Shown here: piece by piece, positions 52,812 through 63,000 of the stretch
How the letters are laid out: the number at the start of each line of letters is the position of its first letter
Numbering within the stretch: the stretch's first letter is position 1
Origin: a bacterium
GTDB taxonomy: Bacteria; Fidelibacterota; Marinisomatia; Marinisomatales; JAHJCW01
Reading direction: 5' to 3'
DNA: 64,000 nucleotides
Assembly (NCBI GenBank): GCA_028282845.1
Contig: JANQGY010000018.1
Span: forward strand, 101,252 to 165,251
Translations under genes and position numbers: made by a program
The notes under the pieces: model-generated
Databases searched by the model: none
What the model was told of the DNA's origin: nothing
What the model saw: only the letters and a program-made list of their open reading frames with translations

Positions 52812-55160
52812 TTAATTGCGAAGTGGCTTACCTTTTTTCAACATAAATCGCATTCTATCTTGTGTCAGTGGTTCGGCAGACAACGACATAAATGCTTCAC
52901 GTTCAATATCTAAAAGATATTGTTCATCCACACTTTTTGTAAGGCCTGCTTTATCACCGCCGGTTAGAACGTAAGCCAATTTGTTACCGATTAATTCGTC
53001 ATGGTCACTGAGTTTGCCCTGTGCCTTAAATCCTTTGATCGCCATCTTCATCGCAGTGCGACCGCCAACGCCAGGCAATTTTAGATCGTCTCGATATTCA
53101 GGCGGGGTATATCCGTCAATCAATTCAAGGGCTTTTTGTTTGGCTGCCCAAACACGATGATCATTGTTAAGGATAACAGTGTCGGTCTTGAGTAAATAGC
53201 CCACAAACTTGGCTTCATCGGCGCTTGTAGCAACTTTGGCAAAACCGATTGTTTCAAATGCTTTCTGAGCGATTTGGAAAGCGTTCATCCGGCCCTTGGC
53301 ACCTGAATTTTCCATTAGATTAAGTATGAGTCTAAGGTTTCCGCCAGCACCGGGGATTACTCCGATGCCAACCTCAACCGCCCCAATATATAATTCGGCA
53401 GCTGCAACGCGATGCGCCGCCGGTGCGATAAATTCAAATCCGCCGCCTAATGCCAAATGAAATGGTGCTGCCACCACAGGAGCCTTGGAGAATCGAATTT
53501 GTTGCGTTATATCTTGGAAAAGTTTGACTGTCGCTTCAAGTGTTTTCCAGTCTTTGGCTTCACAAAATTTTAGTATTCCGGCAATATTCGCGCCGGCACA
53601 GAAATTCTGTCCCTGATGACCAAGCACCATTGCTTTATATTTTTCGCTGTCAAGCAGATCAAGTGCTTTTTGGATAGTTTGAATCATGGAGCCGTCAATC
53701 GGATTGAGTAAGGGCTGTAAAACTGAATGATATTCAACATTTAATATGCCATCACCGAGATCAATCAAACTTGCACTCCAATCCCGTTCGATCAAATTAC
53801 CTTTAGATTTTTCAATCCTCAAATTTAACGATTTTTCACTAAGCTCGATCTCCAATGGAGATTTCTTAACCGGACTATAATGTTTGAACTCTCCTTTATC
53901 TAATGAATAGAAAGTAGCACGACCGGAAGCCAACATTTCATCAACCCATTTTGGAACCTTTTTGCCTTCATCTTTCATCCTGACAACTGATCGCTCAATC
54001 CCGATCGCATCCCAAGTTTCAAAAGGTCCAAGTTCCCAACCGTAACCCCACTTCATTGCATTGTCAACATTTACTACATCATCGCTGATCTCCGGAACTC
54101 GATTGGCTGCGTATATCAGAGTCCGCGATAGAACTTCCCAGAAGAATTTCCCCGCTTTATCTTCGCTAAAAGCGAGTGAAGCAATTTTTTCTCCGGTATA
54201 TTGGCGATCTTTAGCAATTCTGAAACCATCAAATAATACCTTCTTCTGAGGTCCATATTCACCGGTTTTCAGATCAACAGACAGAATTGTCTTACCATCT
54301 TTTTTGTAAAATCCGGCTTTGGTTTTAGCGCCCAAGCGACCATCGTCAATCAATGTTTTTAGAATATCAGGGATTTGAAATATGGCGCGTTCTTCATCAC
54401 CTTCACCGCGTTCATAACTACCATTTGCAACATGAGCAAGTGTATCTAGACCAACAACGTCTGCAGTCCGGAAAGTTGCGCTTTTCATTCGACCGACGAT
54501 TGTGCCGGTAAGTTTGTCCACTTCTTCCACGGTAAAGCCCATTTCCTGAGCGATCTTGATAGTAACCATCATTCCATAAATACCGATGCGATTGCCAATA
54601 AAATTGGGCGTATCTTTGGCATGCACAATTCCTTTTCCAAGCACATCTTCACCGAATTTTGCCATTACTTCATACACTTCGGAGGAAGTGTCTTCACCTT
54701 TCACCAATTCAAGCAAACGCATGTAGCGTGGCGGATTAAAAAAGTGGGTGATCATAAACCGTTTTTTAACATCATCGGGGAATACCGATGTTAGATCCGT
54801 TAGCGGAATACCCGATGTGTTGGAAGTGATAATTGCATTCTTTTTAAGATGCGGTAAGAGGTTTTTGTAGACTGCGTGTTTAATATCAAGTCTTTCGGCG
54901 ACTGCTTCAATTATCCAATCTACTTCTTTAATCCTTTCAATATGCTCATCATAATTGCAAGCCTCGATCATTTTGGCATTCTTGGGTTTATAAAGAGGTG
55001 CCGGCTTTAGTTTTGACAATGTTTCAACACCTTTATCAGCTAAGTCCTGATTGATGTCGAATAGGAGGGAGGGAATACCCGCATTAGCAAGATGCCCTGC
55101 TAATTGCGCTCCCATAACTCCTGCGCCTAATACGGCGACTTTTTCAATTTTATATTCCAT
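52812..55160 (-). CDS. Bifunctional 3-hydroxyacyl-CoA dehydrogenase / enoyl-CoA hydratase (FadN-type domain order)
   Basis: 782 aa. The N-terminal Rossmann segment is KVAVLGAGVMGAQLAGHLANAGIPSLLFD. The C-terminal crotonase-fold region contains GQNFCAGANI. The dehydrogenase-first order matches Bacillus FadN rather than E. coli FadB. Confidence 0.85.
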   Translation of the reverse strand: MEYKIEKVAVLGAGVMGAQLAGHLANAGIPSLLFDINQDLADKGVETLSKLKPAPLYKPKNAKMIEACNYDEHIERIKEVDWIIEAVAERLDIKHAVYKNLLPHLKKNAIITSNTSGIPLTDLTSVFPDDVKKRFMITHFFNPPRYMRLLELVKGEDTSSEVYEVMAKFGEDVLGKGIVHAKDTPNFIGNRIGIYGMMVTIKIAQEMGFTVEEVDKLTGTIVGRMKSATFRTADVVGLDTLAHVANGSYERGEGDEERAIFQIPDILKTLIDDGRLGAKTKAGFYKKDGKTILSVDLKTGEYGPQKKVLFDGFRIAKDRQYTGEKIASLAFSEDKAGKFFWEVLSRTLIYAANRVPEISDDVVNVDNAMKWGYGWELGPFETWDAIGIERSVVRMKDEGKKVPKWVDEMLASGRATFYSLDKGEFKHYSPVKKSPLEIELSEKSLNLRIEKSKGNLIERDWSASLIDLGDGILNVEYHSVLQPLLNPIDGSMIQTIQKALDLLDSEKYKAMVLGHQGQNFCAGANIAGILKFCEAKDWKTLEATVKLFQDITQQIRFSKAPVVAAPFHLALGGGFEFIAPAAHRVAAAELYIGAVEVGIGVIPGAGGNLRLILNLMENSGAKGRMNAFQIAQKAFETIGFAKVATSADEAKFVGYLLKTDTVILNNDHRVWAAKQKALELIDGYTPPEYRDDLKLPGVGGRTAMKMAIKGFKAQGKLSDHDELIGNKLAYVLTGGDKAGLTKSVDEQYLLDIEREAFMSLSAEPLTQDRMRFMLKKGKPLRN

Positions 55161-55170
55161 TTTTACCTCT

Positions 55171-56307
55171 TTATGTAGGTCTCTTAATTATTGTAGCAAT
55201 TCCCTGACCGCTACCAATACACATGGTCGCTAATCCAAGTTTGGTGTTCTGTTGTTCCATGACATTGATCAATGTTGTGATAATACGTGCACCGGAACAT
55301 CCAAGTGGGTGGCCTAAAGCAATTGCACCACCATTTAGATTGATCTTTGTAGTATCAAATCCACCTTCATTGATAACAAAAAGCGATTGCGCGGCAAATG
55401 CTTCATTGAGCTCGATAGTGTCAATATCAGCTAATTTTAGATTAGCTTTCTTAAGCGCTTTTTCGGTAGCGGGAATCGGGCCCGTGCCCATGTGTGTCCA
55501 ATGAACACCTGCAACTGCTCTACTCACAATTTCTGCTCTGATTTGCAGTTTATTTTTCTTGGCGAACTCTTCACTAGTAACAATAATTGCCGAGGCGCCA
55601 ATTGAAATTGGACTGCTTGTTGCCGCTGTTACTGTACCATCAGTTGAGAATGCCGGTTTTAGTGATTTAATTTTTTCGACATCCGGTTCACGCGGACCTT
55701 CATCTTTTTCAACAGTAACTTCGCCATATATATCAATCGGAATTAGTTCATTATCGAATTTTCCATCGGCATAGGCTTTTAATGCTTTTTTATGTGAATC
55801 AATTGCAAATGCTTCTTGATCCTCTCTAGCTATCTTACCGTCATTTGCTAAATTTTCGGCTGTTTCACCCATTCCAATATAGAATTCCTGCTCGGCTAAT
55901 TCGGGATGGAAGTCGGGGGCAAAACCGCCCATCGGGACCGAGAACATGTCCTCTACACCTACGGCAATGCCTGCATCAATATCGCCACTTTCAACGGCGG
56001 TACTCAACTGATGCACGGCATCCATTGAAGAGCCGCAAAACCGATTAACAACCTTGCCGCCGGTCTCGATCGGAAGTCCGGCAAGGATTGCCACCGATCG
56101 TCCCATTATCATACCTTGCGGACCTTCCGGGAATGCACAACCAAGTACCACATCCTCAACCATTTCAGGTTTAAGGTTGGGATTCCTTTTTAGTAAACCT
56201 TTAACGACTTGGGCTGACAAATCATCAGCTCTTATCCCAACTAAATTACCGTTTTTGATTCCAATCGGTGATCTAACACCATCAACTATTACAGATTTTG
56301 TACTCAT
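55171..56307 (-). CDS. Acetyl-CoA C-acyltransferase (thiolase)
   Basis: 378 aa. Motifs seen: VNRFCGSSMDAV (active-site Cys), NLNGGAIALGHPLGCSGARI and GLATMCIGSGQGIA. Confidence 0.9.
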   Translation of the reverse strand: MSTKSVIVDGVRSPIGIKNGNLVGIRADDLSAQVVKGLLKRNPNLKPEMVEDVVLGCAFPEGPQGMIMGRSVAILAGLPIETGGKVVNRFCGSSMDAVHQLSTAVESGDIDAGIAVGVEDMFSVPMGGFAPDFHPELAEQEFYIGMGETAENLANDGKIAREDQEAFAIDSHKKALKAYADGKFDNELIPIDIYGEVTVEKDEGPREPDVEKIKSLKPAFSTDGTVTAATSSPISIGASAIIVTSEEFAKKNKLQIRAEIVSRAVAGVHWTHMGTGPIPATEKALKKANLKLADIDTIELNEAFAAQSLFVINEGGFDTTKINLNGGAIALGHPLGCSGARIITTLINVMEQQNTKLGLATMCIGSGQGIATIIKRPT

Positions 56308-56317
56308 AATTTTTCTC

Positions 56318-58111
56318 CTAAAATGGGTATGCTTGTTTTGAATAAATGTGGTCAGCTATCACGCGTTTCATTGCGATAATGTCAATTTTTGGCAACATTC
56401 TTACTTGGAAATTCTTGAGTTTTTCAATAATCGAAACTTTTAAATTACCCTTATGAATTCCATTCATACCGGTCAAAGCCATGTTTAACAATCTTAATGA
56501 AGCTTCCGCAGCAAATACTTTAGCGATATATAGCGGGATTCTATCCGAATTGCCAGTTTCAATATTGTGTTGAACGCGGGCAATAGTGCTTTCGGCAGTA
56601 TATATGTCGGTAAAAATGTTAGCAAGAATTTCGGTCAATTGTTGTTCATGTTTTAAATCCTGTCCGTATTCACAAAGCGCTTCATGGAAAAGGTAAAGCG
56701 CTAATTTTTTACCGGCTTCCAACATTTGTACTTCGTGATCTAATTCGCGTTCACCACCGTTTTTGCCGTTTGGATCAGTCGCTAAATATTTATCAATTTC
56801 CTGTATTGCTTCACGAATTGGTAATTCTTCCATGAGAGCTTTTTTCATCATGTATCCCGAGATGATCATTCGGTTTATTTCATTTGATCCTTCCCAAATT
56901 CTGTCAATACGCGTATCTCGGTAAGCACCGGCGAATGGATATTCTTCTATAAATCCATAGCCGCCTAATATCTGTACGGCATGATCAGTTACCTTGCCAT
57001 ACGTTTCACTGCAATAAACTTTGGCCATTGATGCTTCAATTGCAAAACGTTCCATAGCTTCGCCAACTTTGATGTAATATTTGTCATCATCTTTGTCAAG
57101 TTTATCAATCTCTTCTTGAATCATTCCGATTGTCCTGTAAACCATGCTGTCACCAGAATACGCACCAATTATCATATCAGCGAATTTTCCTTTTATAGCA
57201 TCGAAATGGGCAATAGGTTGACCAAATTGTCGGCGTTCCAAGGCGTATTTGGCTGCTTCGGTTGTAATCATTTTACAGCCACCTAAAACAGATGCCGCTA
57301 ATTTATAGCGACCAAGATTTAGAGCATTGAAAGCAATGGTAGCCCCTTTGCCGACTTCATAAAGTAGATTTTCAACAGGAATTTTGGCATCATTAAATAT
57401 CAGTGAGGTTGTTGATGACCCTTTCATTCCCATTTTATGTTCTTCGGGTCCAATCTCAAATCCAGGTGTACCCTTTTCAACAATAAAAGCACTGAATTTA
57501 TCTCCTCCAACTTTGGCAAATACGGTGAATACATCAGCCCAGCCGCCATTGGTGATAAATATTTTTTCACCGTTTAGTATGTAATGTTTGCCATCTTCGG
57601 TGAGCATAGCAGTTGTGCGTCCGGCAAGAGCATCGGAACCGGCTTCCGGTTCGGTTAAACCATAGGCGCCAACTAATTCGCCGGTAACGATTCTTGGCAA
57701 GTATTTTTCCTTCTGCTCAGGTGTTCCGAACCACACAATCGGCAAACCGCCAATTCCGGTTTGAACCGACCAAATTGCAGTAAAGGACGGACAGAATCCG
57801 GCCGATAGTGATTCAGCCGCGATAGCAGTGGTTATTTTGTCCATTTCCATACCACCGTATTTTTCAGGGACATCAATTCCCAAGATACCCAATTCGCCCA
57901 TTTCCTTAAGAATATCAAGGCTTAGATCTTTGTTAAATTTGCTGATTTCATCGGCATTTTCTCTTATGCGGTCATGCGCAAATTCACGGATCATTTGTTC
58001 TATTTCTTGGTGCTCTTCAGAAAATTGTTCGCGTGTAAAAACAGGGCTTGTTCCGATCGGCTCAACTAAAAACCGACCTCCGGTTTTAGGTTGAGTATTG
58101 TTTTCAATCAT
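56318..58111 (-). CDS. Acyl-CoA dehydrogenase (long form with C-terminal extension)
   Basis: 597 aa. Motifs seen: GAYGLTEPEAGSDA, NGEKIFITNGGWADVF, ILGGYGFIEEYPFAGAYRDTRIDRIWEGSNEI. Confidence 0.88.
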   Translation of the reverse strand: MIENNTQPKTGGRFLVEPIGTSPVFTREQFSEEHQEIEQMIREFAHDRIRENADEISKFNKDLSLDILKEMGELGILGIDVPEKYGGMEMDKITTAIAAESLSAGFCPSFTAIWSVQTGIGGLPIVWFGTPEQKEKYLPRIVTGELVGAYGLTEPEAGSDALAGRTTAMLTEDGKHYILNGEKIFITNGGWADVFTVFAKVGGDKFSAFIVEKGTPGFEIGPEEHKMGMKGSSTTSLIFNDAKIPVENLLYEVGKGATIAFNALNLGRYKLAASVLGGCKMITTEAAKYALERRQFGQPIAHFDAIKGKFADMIIGAYSGDSMVYRTIGMIQEEIDKLDKDDDKYYIKVGEAMERFAIEASMAKVYCSETYGKVTDHAVQILGGYGFIEEYPFAGAYRDTRIDRIWEGSNEINRMIISGYMMKKALMEELPIREAIQEIDKYLATDPNGKNGGERELDHEVQMLEAGKKLALYLFHEALCEYGQDLKHEQQLTEILANIFTDIYTAESTIARVQHNIETGNSDRIPLYIAKVFAAEASLRLLNMALTGMNGIHKGNLKVSIIEKLKNFQVRMLPKIDIIAMKRVIADHIYSKQAYPF

Positions 58112-58130
58112 AATTCGTTTTCCTCCAAAT

Positions 58131-58721
58131 TTATTTTTTTAAACCGGCCAATATGAATTCTGCTATTGTTTCCATATACTCAGTGGGTGTGATGCCATGG
58201 TTTTCAAAGAGCGTAAACCAAATTGCACTCTCGATGTTTACCATAATTGAGACAGCGGCGATTTTAGTATCAACATTCTTAAACTCTTGATCTTTAATTC
58301 CCTTGACAATGATTTTTTCGATCAACAATAAGAATTCGGAATACACTTTATCAAATTTGCCTTTGAATTCGGTGTCGCGCCCGGCAAGGGACCAAAATTC
58401 AGCTAACGCTTTAAATACAGTAGGATTCTTTTCATATTGCTGGATAAAATAATTAAACAGTTCTTTTAATTGCACTGCCGCTGGTTGCTTATATTCGACA
58501 ATATGATTAAGTGTGGCACTATAATGGAAAACCCAGTGATTAACTAACGAAAGATATACTTCTTTTTTGGAGCTGTAATACCAGTAGATTGCGCCTTTGC
58601 TCAGTTTAGATTTTTCTACAATATCGGACATGCTGCTTCCTTCATAACCTTTATTAACGATTATTTCTAAAGCAGCATCAAGGATTTGTTGTTTTCTTTT
58701 GTCTTGTTTACTTTGATTCAT
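58131..58721 (-). CDS. TetR-family regulator heading the beta-oxidation operon
   Basis: 196 aa. HTH: ILDAALEIIVNKGYEGSSMSDIVEKSKLSKGAIYWYYSSKKEVY. Confidence 0.85.
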   Translation of the reverse strand: MNQSKQDKRKQQILDAALEIIVNKGYEGSSMSDIVEKSKLSKGAIYWYYSSKKEVYLSLVNHWVFHYSATLNHIVEYKQPAAVQLKELFNYFIQQYEKNPTVFKALAEFWSLAGRDTEFKGKFDKVYSEFLLLIEKIIVKGIKDQEFKNVDTKIAAVSIMVNIESAIWFTLFENHGITPTEYMETIAEFILAGLKK

Positions 58722-58728
58722 AAAATAA

Positions 58729-58742
58729 ACCGACCGGTCGGT
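58729..58742. promoter_or_regulatory. Perfect 14-bp palindrome ACCGACCGGTCGGT upstream of the fad-operon TetR
   Basis: Read directly from the sequence. It is a GC-rich island in AT-rich spacer, 8 nt upstream of the TetR ATG (58721, minus strand). On the minus strand it is followed by TTTATTTTATG, so it could alternatively be a small terminator hairpin for tag. Confidence 0.4.
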
Positions 58743-58797
58743 CTATTTTATATATAAATATAAACCATAATCAAGAACTATTTTGCCAAAAAAGGAA

Positions 58798-59373
58798 TTA
58801 AGCTGCGGTCAATTCTTTATAACGGAAACATGAAACGAGATGATCATTTACAATTCCGGCTCCTTGCATAAAAGCGTAACAAATCGTAGTTCCGACGAAT
58901 TTGAAACCGCGGGCGATCAATTCTTTGCTTAGCCGATCCGAATCAGGAGTGCTTGCCGGTATCTCGCTTGTGCCTTTCCATTCATTTACTATTGGTTGAT
59001 TATCAAATAATTGCCAAATGAACTTGTCAAAAGTACCGTACTCCTCCTGAATTTTTAGAAAAGCTCGGGCATTTGTAATAGTCGCTTTAATCTTTGCCCG
59101 ATTGCGGATTATACCGGCGTCTTGCGTTAATTCGGTATATTTCGTTTCATCATATTTGGCAATCGTTTCCGGTTCGAAATTTTCAAATGCAGCTCGAAAG
59201 TTTTCTCGTTTTTTTAAAACGATTGACCAACTTAATCCCGCTTGGAAGGCGTCAAGTGTAATATACTCGAACCATTTCCGGTCATCATGTACCGGCGTGC
59301 CCCATTCTTCGTCATGATATTTAAGCATTAATTCATCGGCACCGGGCCAATCACAGCGTTTTATGTTTTTCAT
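58798..59373 (-). CDS. tag: DNA-3-methyladenine glycosylase I
   Basis: Motifs seen: KRCDWPGADELMLKYHDEEWGTPVHDDRKWFEYITLDAFQAGLSWSIVLKKRENFRAAF. I prefer the ATG at 59371-59373 (TAATG overlap with the fpr stop) over the track's TTG at 59379. Confidence 0.85.
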   Translation of the reverse strand: MKNIKRCDWPGADELMLKYHDEEWGTPVHDDRKWFEYITLDAFQAGLSWSIVLKKRENFRAAFENFEPETIAKYDETKYTELTQDAGIIRNRAKIKATITNARAFLKIQEEYGTFDKFIWQLFDNQPIVNEWKGTSEIPASTPDSDRLSKELIARGFKFVGTTICYAFMQGAGIVNDHLVSCFRYKELTAA

Positions 59374-60191
59374 TACCAATACCTCTCAAAATGAATATTA
59401 CCGGGGGATCGCTTAGAATGTTCCTTATAGCCTTGTTCTGTCAAAATTACCAACATGTCATCTATCATAGCCGGATTGCCGCATAAAAATATATGAGTAT
59501 TCTGAGGATCAACTGCAAATGGTAGCAATTCTTCCCTTTGTTTCCAAATATCTTGAATGTGCCCGGTTGTTCCGCTCCAGTGCAATAATTCATCTTTAGG
59601 GCGGCTGATGATTGGTATATAGTGTAGATTATTAAAAATAGAACGTAAGGTCATTAATTCTGAACGATAACCTAAATCCCAGGAATGTCGCGCTCCATGC
59701 GCGATTGCAATTTGGCGACTCACGTTTGGTTCCAAAACAGTTCTGATCATGCTCATATAAGGTGCCAAACCTGTGCCGGTAGATAGCATAATCAAATTTG
59801 ATTGCTGATCAACCATATCCAAAGTGAACATTCCAGTGAATTTAGGACCGAGAAAAACATCATCGCCCGGATTTAAAGCAAATAATCTTGGAGTTAAAGC
59901 GCCGGAGCGGACTAAAGTAATATAAAATTCGATATATTCCTTATTTTCCGAGGAAGATGCAATTGAATAAGCCCGTTTAATAAGTTTATCCGGTTTGGGC
60001 AGATTATCTTCAGGATCTGAATATTTGGTTCTTTCCGCTTTGCCGGGTAACCCTAAGACTGCAAATTGCCCCGGTTTAAAATCAGGTAAAGCCCACCCGT
60101 CCGGTACAATACGCAATATTATTAATTCAGGTGTTAATTCAACTTTCTGAGCAACTTTACTATTTAATTTCATTTTATATATTTTTATCAA
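59373..60191 (-). CDS. fpr: Ferredoxin--NADP+ reductase (Fpr type)
   Basis: 272 aa. Motifs seen: FAVLGL, KRAYSIASS (the RxYS FAD motif) and LMLSTGTGLAPYMSM (NADP-binding motif). Confidence 0.8.
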   Translation of the reverse strand: MIKIYKMKLNSKVAQKVELTPELIILRIVPDGWALPDFKPGQFAVLGLPGKAERTKYSDPEDNLPKPDKLIKRAYSIASSSENKEYIEFYITLVRSGALTPRLFALNPGDDVFLGPKFTGMFTLDMVDQQSNLIMLSTGTGLAPYMSMIRTVLEPNVSRQIAIAHGARHSWDLGYRSELMTLRSIFNNLHYIPIISRPKDELLHWSGTTGHIQDIWKQREELLPFAVDPQNTHIFLCGNPAMIDDMLVILTEQGYKEHSKRSPGNIHFERYW

Positions 60192-60314
60192 CTATTCTTT
60201 ATGGTAATTGTCTTCAAATTGGCTAATTTGAAGAGCGTAATATACTTTAAAAAATAAATACTTCTTACATTTACGCATTAACTAATTGCAAATTTATTAA
60301 AAATTTATTCTGAT

Positions 60315-60968
60315 ATGACAAAAATTGCCCCGTCTATTTTATCGGCCGATTTTTCCAATTTGGAAAAGGCCATAGCGCTATGCCAAAGCTCCGGTGCCGA
60401 TTATCTTCACATTGATGTCATGGACGGGCATTTTGTTCCCAATTTGACGATTGGACCGGTTGTACTAAAGTCACTGAGACCAAAGACGGATCTATTCTTG
60501 GATGTACATTTAATGGTTGCAAATCCAGGCGATTTAGTTGAACCGTTTGTTAAAGCCGGAGCCGATAGTATAACTTTTCATATTGAAGCGGTAACAAATC
60601 CTGAAAAGTTAATTGAATATATAAAATCATTTGATAAACAAGTTGGTATATCCGTCAAACCGAAAACAGATTTAGCCTTACTTGAACCATTTTATGGAAG
60701 TATTGATCTGATTTTAGTGATGTCGGTGGAACCGGGATTTGGCGGACAAAAATATATTCCCGAATCAACCAATCGCATTAAGCAAATTGATTCGCATTTA
60801 AAAGAATTAGGTTTGCGTAAACAGGTCTTGATCGAGGTTGATGGCGGAATAAAATTGACTAATGCTAAAATGGTGAAGGATGCCGGCGCAGATATTTTGG
60901 TTGCCGGTTCGGCAATTTTTAACGCTGCCGACCCCTACGCAGTAATTGAACAATTTAAAAATGTATAG
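60315..60968 (+). CDS. rpe: Ribulose-phosphate 3-epimerase
   Basis: 217 aa. Motifs seen: IAPSILSADFSNLEKAI, LHIDVMDGHFVPNLTIGP, VMSVEPGFGGQKYI and EVDGGI. Confidence 0.92.
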   Translation: MTKIAPSILSADFSNLEKAIALCQSSGADYLHIDVMDGHFVPNLTIGPVVLKSLRPKTDLFLDVHLMVANPGDLVEPFVKAGADSITFHIEAVTNPEKLIEYIKSFDKQVGISVKPKTDLALLEPFYGSIDLILVMSVEPGFGGQKYIPESTNRIKQIDSHLKELGLRKQVLIEVDGGIKLTNAKMVKDAGADILVAGSAIFNAADPYAVIEQFKNV

Positions 60969-60971
60969 GAA

Positions 60972-62999
60972 ATGAGGACTTACAAGGAATTAGAGATTTT
61001 TGATGACTGGTCGAATGAAGACAAAGATCAATTTGCGGTAAACATTATTAAAGGCTTGGTGATGGACGGTGTGCATAAAGCAAATTCCGGTCATACCGGC
61101 GGTGCGTTTTCATCTGCGAACTTTGCTCATATTTTGTTCTCAGAAATTTTGAATTTCAATCCGTCTGACCATCAATATTTTAATCGGGATCGGTTTGTTC
61201 TTTCAGCCGGGCATGAATCAATGTTGTTATATTCAATCTTACATCTGATTGGATGGTTGAATCGCAAAGAATTAAAACAGTTTCGTCAGTTAGATAGCAA
61301 AACACCGGGGCATCCGGAAAGGGAATTACCCGGCGTCGAAGCTACAACAGGCCCTTTAGGACAAGGTGTGGGTATGGCTGTCGGCATGGCTCTGGCTGAA
61401 ACATATTTGGCACAATACTTTGATAATATCTCAAAAAATGCAGATGGCATTATAGATCATTATACCTATGTATTGGCGGGGGACGGTGATCTGCAGGAGC
61501 CGATTAGTTTGGGTGCCGCGGCTTTGGCAGGCCATTGGAAACTCACCAAATTGATAATGTATTACGATGCCAATTCGGCTCAGATTTCCGGTCATACCAG
61601 CCGATCCGACTCGACCAACGTTGCTATGCTATTCGAAGGATTCAATTGGCATGTTCAGGAAATTAACGGTGGTGATCTCAATGAAGTTCGGGATGCCATT
61701 CAGACTGCAAAAGTAATTGAAAGACCAAGCATAATTATCGGCAATAATGCAATTGCCGAAGGGTGCGCAACTATGGAAGGTGATCATAATACGCATGGTG
61801 TTCCACTGCCTCCTGAAGAAATAGCCGCAACCAAGGAAAAACTCGGTTTGCCTAATAAGCCGTTTTATGTGCCTGAACAAATTATCCGGTATTTTCGAAA
61901 AAGATTTGATATACTGCAAAAAGAATGTACTGACTGGAATTCCCGTCTGCGGCAATTGAGTCGTGGAAAACGTTTCAAGGCCGATTGGGACCTGATCGTT
62001 GAAAATAATTTGCCGGATTTGGATTTACCGGAATTTAAAGATGGTGAGCAATTAGCGACGCGCAAAGCTTTCGGCCAAACGCTTGAAAAATTTGCTGAAC
62101 AACTTCCTCATTTGATTGGTGGGTCAGCCGATCTGGAGCCATCAAATTATACCGGTGGATTTGCACGAAAATATAATGATTTCACGGTTGATGACCGTGC
62201 CGGACGTAATCTTGCTTTTGGTGTCCGGGAGTTCCCGATGGCAGCAATCATGAATGGTGCAGCGCTGCATGGTGGTACCATCCCCTTTGGCGGAACATTT
62301 TTGGTATTCTCCGATTATTCACGACCGGCTTTGAGAATGGCCGCTATACAAGGTATTAGAGTTATTCATGAATTTTCGCACGATTCTTTTTATGTGGGCG
62401 AAGACGGCCCAACTCATCAACCGGTGGAACATATTATGACTCTTAGGAATATTCCCGATTTTAATGTGTTCCGTCCTGCCGATCCAAAAGAAACAGCCGT
62501 TTGTTTTAAAATAGCGATTAAATCTGAAACTACTCCAAGTGCTTTATTATTGACCCGTCAAAGTGTACCGGTTTTAGAGCATTCATATAAACAAATTGAG
62601 GCCGGCGTTCGAAGAGGAGCATATATAGTAAAGGATTGTGATGTTATTCCTGAAATTATATTGATCGCATCCGGTTCTGAGGTCAGCTTGGCACTTGAAG
62701 TAGCAGAAAAACTCGTTGGTAAGGCAAGTCGTATTATAAGTATGCCGTCTTGGGAGTTGTTTGAACAACAATCGAAAGAATATCAAAAAAGTATCATTCC
62801 TGAAAGAGGCTGCTTGAAAGTATCGCTTGAGGCGGGCATCACCACCGGTTGGGAAAAATATGTCGGTTCAAGCGGATTAATGATCGGAATTAATCATTAC
62901 GGTAAATCTGCGCCTTATAAGGATTTAGCTGTGCAATTCGGGTTTACTGCCGATCAAGTAGTCAAAAAAATTAAAAAACATCTAGAAAACCTATTATAA
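60972..62999 (+). CDS. tkt: Transketolase
   Basis: 675 aa. Motifs seen: SGHTGGAFSSANF, RDRFVLSAGHESMLLYS, GPLGQGVGMAVGMA, AGDGDLQEPIS (ThDP motif) and EDGPTHQPVEH. Confidence 0.92.
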   Translation: MRTYKELEIFDDWSNEDKDQFAVNIIKGLVMDGVHKANSGHTGGAFSSANFAHILFSEILNFNPSDHQYFNRDRFVLSAGHESMLLYSILHLIGWLNRKELKQFRQLDSKTPGHPERELPGVEATTGPLGQGVGMAVGMALAETYLAQYFDNISKNADGIIDHYTYVLAGDGDLQEPISLGAAALAGHWKLTKLIMYYDANSAQISGHTSRSDSTNVAMLFEGFNWHVQEINGGDLNEVRDAIQTAKVIERPSIIIGNNAIAEGCATMEGDHNTHGVPLPPEEIAATKEKLGLPNKPFYVPEQIIRYFRKRFDILQKECTDWNSRLRQLSRGKRFKADWDLIVENNLPDLDLPEFKDGEQLATRKAFGQTLEKFAEQLPHLIGGSADLEPSNYTGGFARKYNDFTVDDRAGRNLAFGVREFPMAAIMNGAALHGGTIPFGGTFLVFSDYSRPALRMAAIQGIRVIHEFSHDSFYVGEDGPTHQPVEHIMTLRNIPDFNVFRPADPKETAVCFKIAIKSETTPSALLLTRQSVPVLEHSYKQIEAGVRRGAYIVKDCDVIPEIILIASGSEVSLALEVAEKLVGKASRIISMPSWELFEQQSKEYQKSIIPERGCLKVSLEAGITTGWEKYVGSSGLMIGINHYGKSAPYKDLAVQFGFTADQVVKKIKKHLENLL

Positions 63000-63000
63000 T

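Noticed and set aside
60211-60234. Perfect 10-bp hairpin tcttcaaatt-ggct-aatttgaaga in the fpr/rpe divergent region
   Set aside because: It is real in the sequence but a single copy in AT-rich promoter DNA, with no adjacent regulator gene. Evidence is insufficient to call it an operator or attenuator.
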